The notes below the pieces were generated by a model that saw only the letters and a program-made list of their open reading frames with translations, had not been told where the DNA came from and ran no database searches. A stretch of 64,000 nt of DNA, taken from NCBI GenBank assembly GCA_030264375.1, contig JASCQW010000133.1, forward strand, positions 5,062,671 to 5,126,670, in the 5' to 3' direction. The stretch comes from Carcharhinus longimanus. Taxonomy: Eukaryota. A program made the position numbers and the translations under genes. Below are positions 60,961 to 64,000 of this stretch, in pieces. The stretch's first letter is position 1. Each line of letters begins with the position of its first letter.

Positions 60961-61539
60961 AAGCTGGACTTGTAATCCATAAAGGTGCTATATCCTGTGT
61001 TGGTTCCCTCACTGATAAGAGTAAGAATGAAATGTCCCCTCCAATTGTTTTAGGCTGTATATTCTAGGCAGGATTTGATGGCACAGATTTGCCCAGCAAT
61101 TGAATCTCACTTTCTTTATGGATTGAATCCAGAATGGTGAAAACTTTCATTTCTGAAGTCCACTTGGGTACAGATGTTGTGAAAAATACTTAAATACATC
61201 ACCAGCTGTCTACAGGATTCTACTCATGTCTTGACTCCCCTGACCAATCTCCACAAGACAATGTGCTATTTGACCCATGGCTGGGACCTGATTGGACATT
61301 ACGGTATGTCCATCACCACTGCTGGCTGGCAGGATTTCAGAACCCATGAGGAAAGGTCTCATTGTCCTCATCTGCAAACAGAAGGGGTGAACAGGGAGGA
61401 AATCCAAAATTGGTGATCAATTTTACTGCTTAATCTTGGACAGAATTTTATAATCTGTGTTATCACTAATCAAGTTCCACACCCCAACTACAGAGTGAAG
61501 AATCTACCTCTGATATCCATCACCAATCAAGTTGGCGTA

Positions 61540-61795
61540 ACTATAAGGTTCATGGCGAGAGATATAGGAGGGATGTCCGAGATAGATTCTTCACTCAGAG
61601 TGGTTGAGGTCTGGAATACACTGCCTGCTGTGATAGTGGAGTCAGACACCTTAGGAACTTTCAAGTGATTATTGGATAGGCACATGGAGCACACCAGAAT
61701 TATAGGGAGTGGGATAGCTTCATCTTGGATTTGGACATAGCTCAGTGCAACATTGAGGGCTGAAGGGCCTGTACTGTGCTGTATTGTTCTATGTC
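61540..61795 (+). mobile_element. CR1 3' end
   Basis: TTCTTCACTCAGAGTGGTTGAGGTCTGGAATACACTGCC...GGGCTGAAGGGCCTGTACTGTGCTGTATTGTTCTATG. Confidence 0.75.
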
Positions 61796-63349
61796 GTAAG
61801 TTCAGTCTGCTCAGGAGCTGATGTTCCACTTGGATCAGGTGTACCTGGCAGAAAATCTGATAGCCTTGCGCTACTTGGATATGTTGGCCTATGTGGACAC
61901 CTGTTTCATCAGCTTGGAGCAGGGCAATGCCTTTGAAAGAATATCTCATATAATGTGATGGCTGGGCTCTTCATAATGAAATCTGAGGTCATCTGCAGTT
62001 GGATACAACTACTGTACCCAAACATCAATATGCATCATCAATGGGTGGGGATCACGGAGCATCTGAAATCAGTTTAAACTGGCCTCAGGAACCAAAGTTA
62101 ATTGTGGCAAGGTGAGATTTTCCTGAGAACTGGCTGACTGCCCCTTTGTCTCCTTCACTAAGGTCGGTATATAAAGTTGCATGGGGTGTAGTTCAGAGAC
62201 TGGGGCATGTGCCCAAACACACACTGGAAGGAGTGTGTAGCAATGCTGTAACAAAAACCTGGCTTGTGGGAGCATTATGAGTAAGAAGCTGATCACCAGG
62301 TGCAAGATGCACTTTTTAAAAAAATTTATGGGACATGGGTGTCGCTGGCTAGCCAGCATTTATTGCCCATCCCTTGTTGTCCTTGAGAAGGTGCTGGTGA
62401 GCTGCCGCCTTGAATCGTTGCAGTCCACGTTTTATGGGTTGACCCACGATGCCATTAAGGAGGGAATTCCAGGATTTTAACTCAGTGACTGTGAAGGAAC
62501 AGTGATATATTTCCAACTCAGGATAGTGAGTGGCTTGGAGGGGAACTTGCAGGTGGTGGTTTTCCCATTTATCTACTGCCCTTGTTCTTCTTGATGGAAG
62601 TGGTCATGGGTTAGGAAGGTGCTGTCTTAGGATCTTTGGTGAATTGCTGCAGTGCAACTTGTAGATAGCAGCAGCGTGTACTACCAAGTGTCAGTGGTGG
62701 AGGGATTGAATGTTTGTAGATGTGCCAATCAAGTGGGCTGCTCTGTCCTGGATGGTGTCAGGCTTCTTGACTGTTATTGAGGTTGCACCTATCCAGCAAA
62801 GTGAGGAGTATTCCATCATACTCCTGTCTTGTGCCTTGTGGATGGTGGATAGGCTCTGGGGAGTCAGGAGTTACTCGCTGCAGTATTCCTAGCCTCTGAC
62901 CTTGTGTAGCCACTGCTTGTGGTGAGTCCAGTTGATTTTCCTGCATGTGGCAAAGGTCTGGACCATACCCCACTCCTGCATCATGATGATCTCACAAGCT
63001 ATCTTCTGCTTTGTCTGGAAATTGAGAATGGACTGTGTCCATAAGAGCATGATATACTAACAGACAAGTGGGAGAAATTGTCGACTTCATGCTGTTGGCC
63101 ACTCTTGAATCTGGCTGTGTGAATCTGTGTAGATTCCCTGTAAGTGAGCACCAAGTGTCACTGCGTGCTGAGGTTCTGTCCCCAGTGTTCTAAAATATAG
63201 ATCAGGCTACATTGCTGTGGTACATTCTAGCCAGTTGGACCATGCCATATCACATCTCTCTTGTAGAGATGTTTATGCCGAATAGTTTTGACCACAATGC
63301 ATTGGGTACATAATGCCCTAAGATTGTATAGGGGGCGATGATGTGTCCT

Positions 63350-64000
63350 GGTTATGCTTCAACACCATTATTGCTATGAACTCAACTCATCTCCAAACTC
63401 TGTGGTTTGGGGTTTGGCTCCTCCCTCTGTGACTGGACCCTGAACTTCCTAGTTCACAGACCACAATCAGTAAGGATAGGCAACAACAACACCTCAACAC
63501 CAGTGCCCCACAAGGCTGTATCCTCAGCCCCTTGCGATACTTGTACACGTGACTGTGTGGCTTACTTCTCCTCCAACTCGATTTTCAAGTTCACTGATGA
63601 CACCACCATAGTTGGCCAGATCTCTCGCAATGACGAGATGGAGTACAGGAAAGGGATAGCGAATTTGATGAACTGGTGTGATGGCAATAACCTCTCCTCA
63701 ATGTCAACAAAACGAAGGTGGCACAGTGGTTAGCACTGCTACCTCAGTGCCAGAGACCTGGTTCAATTCCAGCTTCAGAAGAGCAGCCAGTGTAACTAAG
63801 GACCCCACGCAACCCAGACATACTCTTTTTTTTCCACCACTTTCCATCGGGAAAAAGATACAATAGTCTGAGTATACGTACTGACCGAATCGAACAGCTT
63901 CCCTTTTGCCATCACACTTTTGAATGGACCTGCCTCGCATTAAATTGATCTTTCTCTGCGCCATAGCTATGACTGTAACTACATTCTGCACTCTCCTTTC
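63350..64000 (+). mobile_element. Rex1/Babar fragment with internal deletion and a SINE head (63718-63772)
   Basis: [22 protein letters not shown]...[13 protein letters not shown]; Rex1 3' tail at window end. Confidence 0.8.

Overview
Eukaryotic DNA from a gapped short-read assembly, most likely a shark or other cartilaginous fish (inferred from HE1/V-SINE-like, HER1/CR1, Rex1 and Deu-SINE-like repeats). The + strand holds a complete 17-coding-exon DNA topoisomerase III beta gene (TOP3B, 1098-40493). All introns are GT-AG, the catalytic Tyr is codon 336, and two exons contain N gaps. About 11.6 kb downstream is the promoter and first coding exon of PPM1F (52154-52359), the same gene order as human 22q11.22. 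Introns and intergenic DNA are packed with decayed retroelements (CR1, Rex1/Babar, RTE, L2, Gypsy, several SINE families). Most interesting: (1) a family of short fold-back elements, some flanked by target-site duplications, whose arms carry degenerate minimal hammerhead-ribozyme cores (Penelope-like); (2) a 47-bp x10 promoter array at PPM1F made of NRF1-like plus Sp1 modules with a 141-bp higher-order period; (3) two uORFs chained by stop/start overlaps onto the PPM1F start codon; (4) splicing oddities in TOP3B. Exon boundaries were read base by base; repeat boundaries are approximate and family names are by recognition, not database search.
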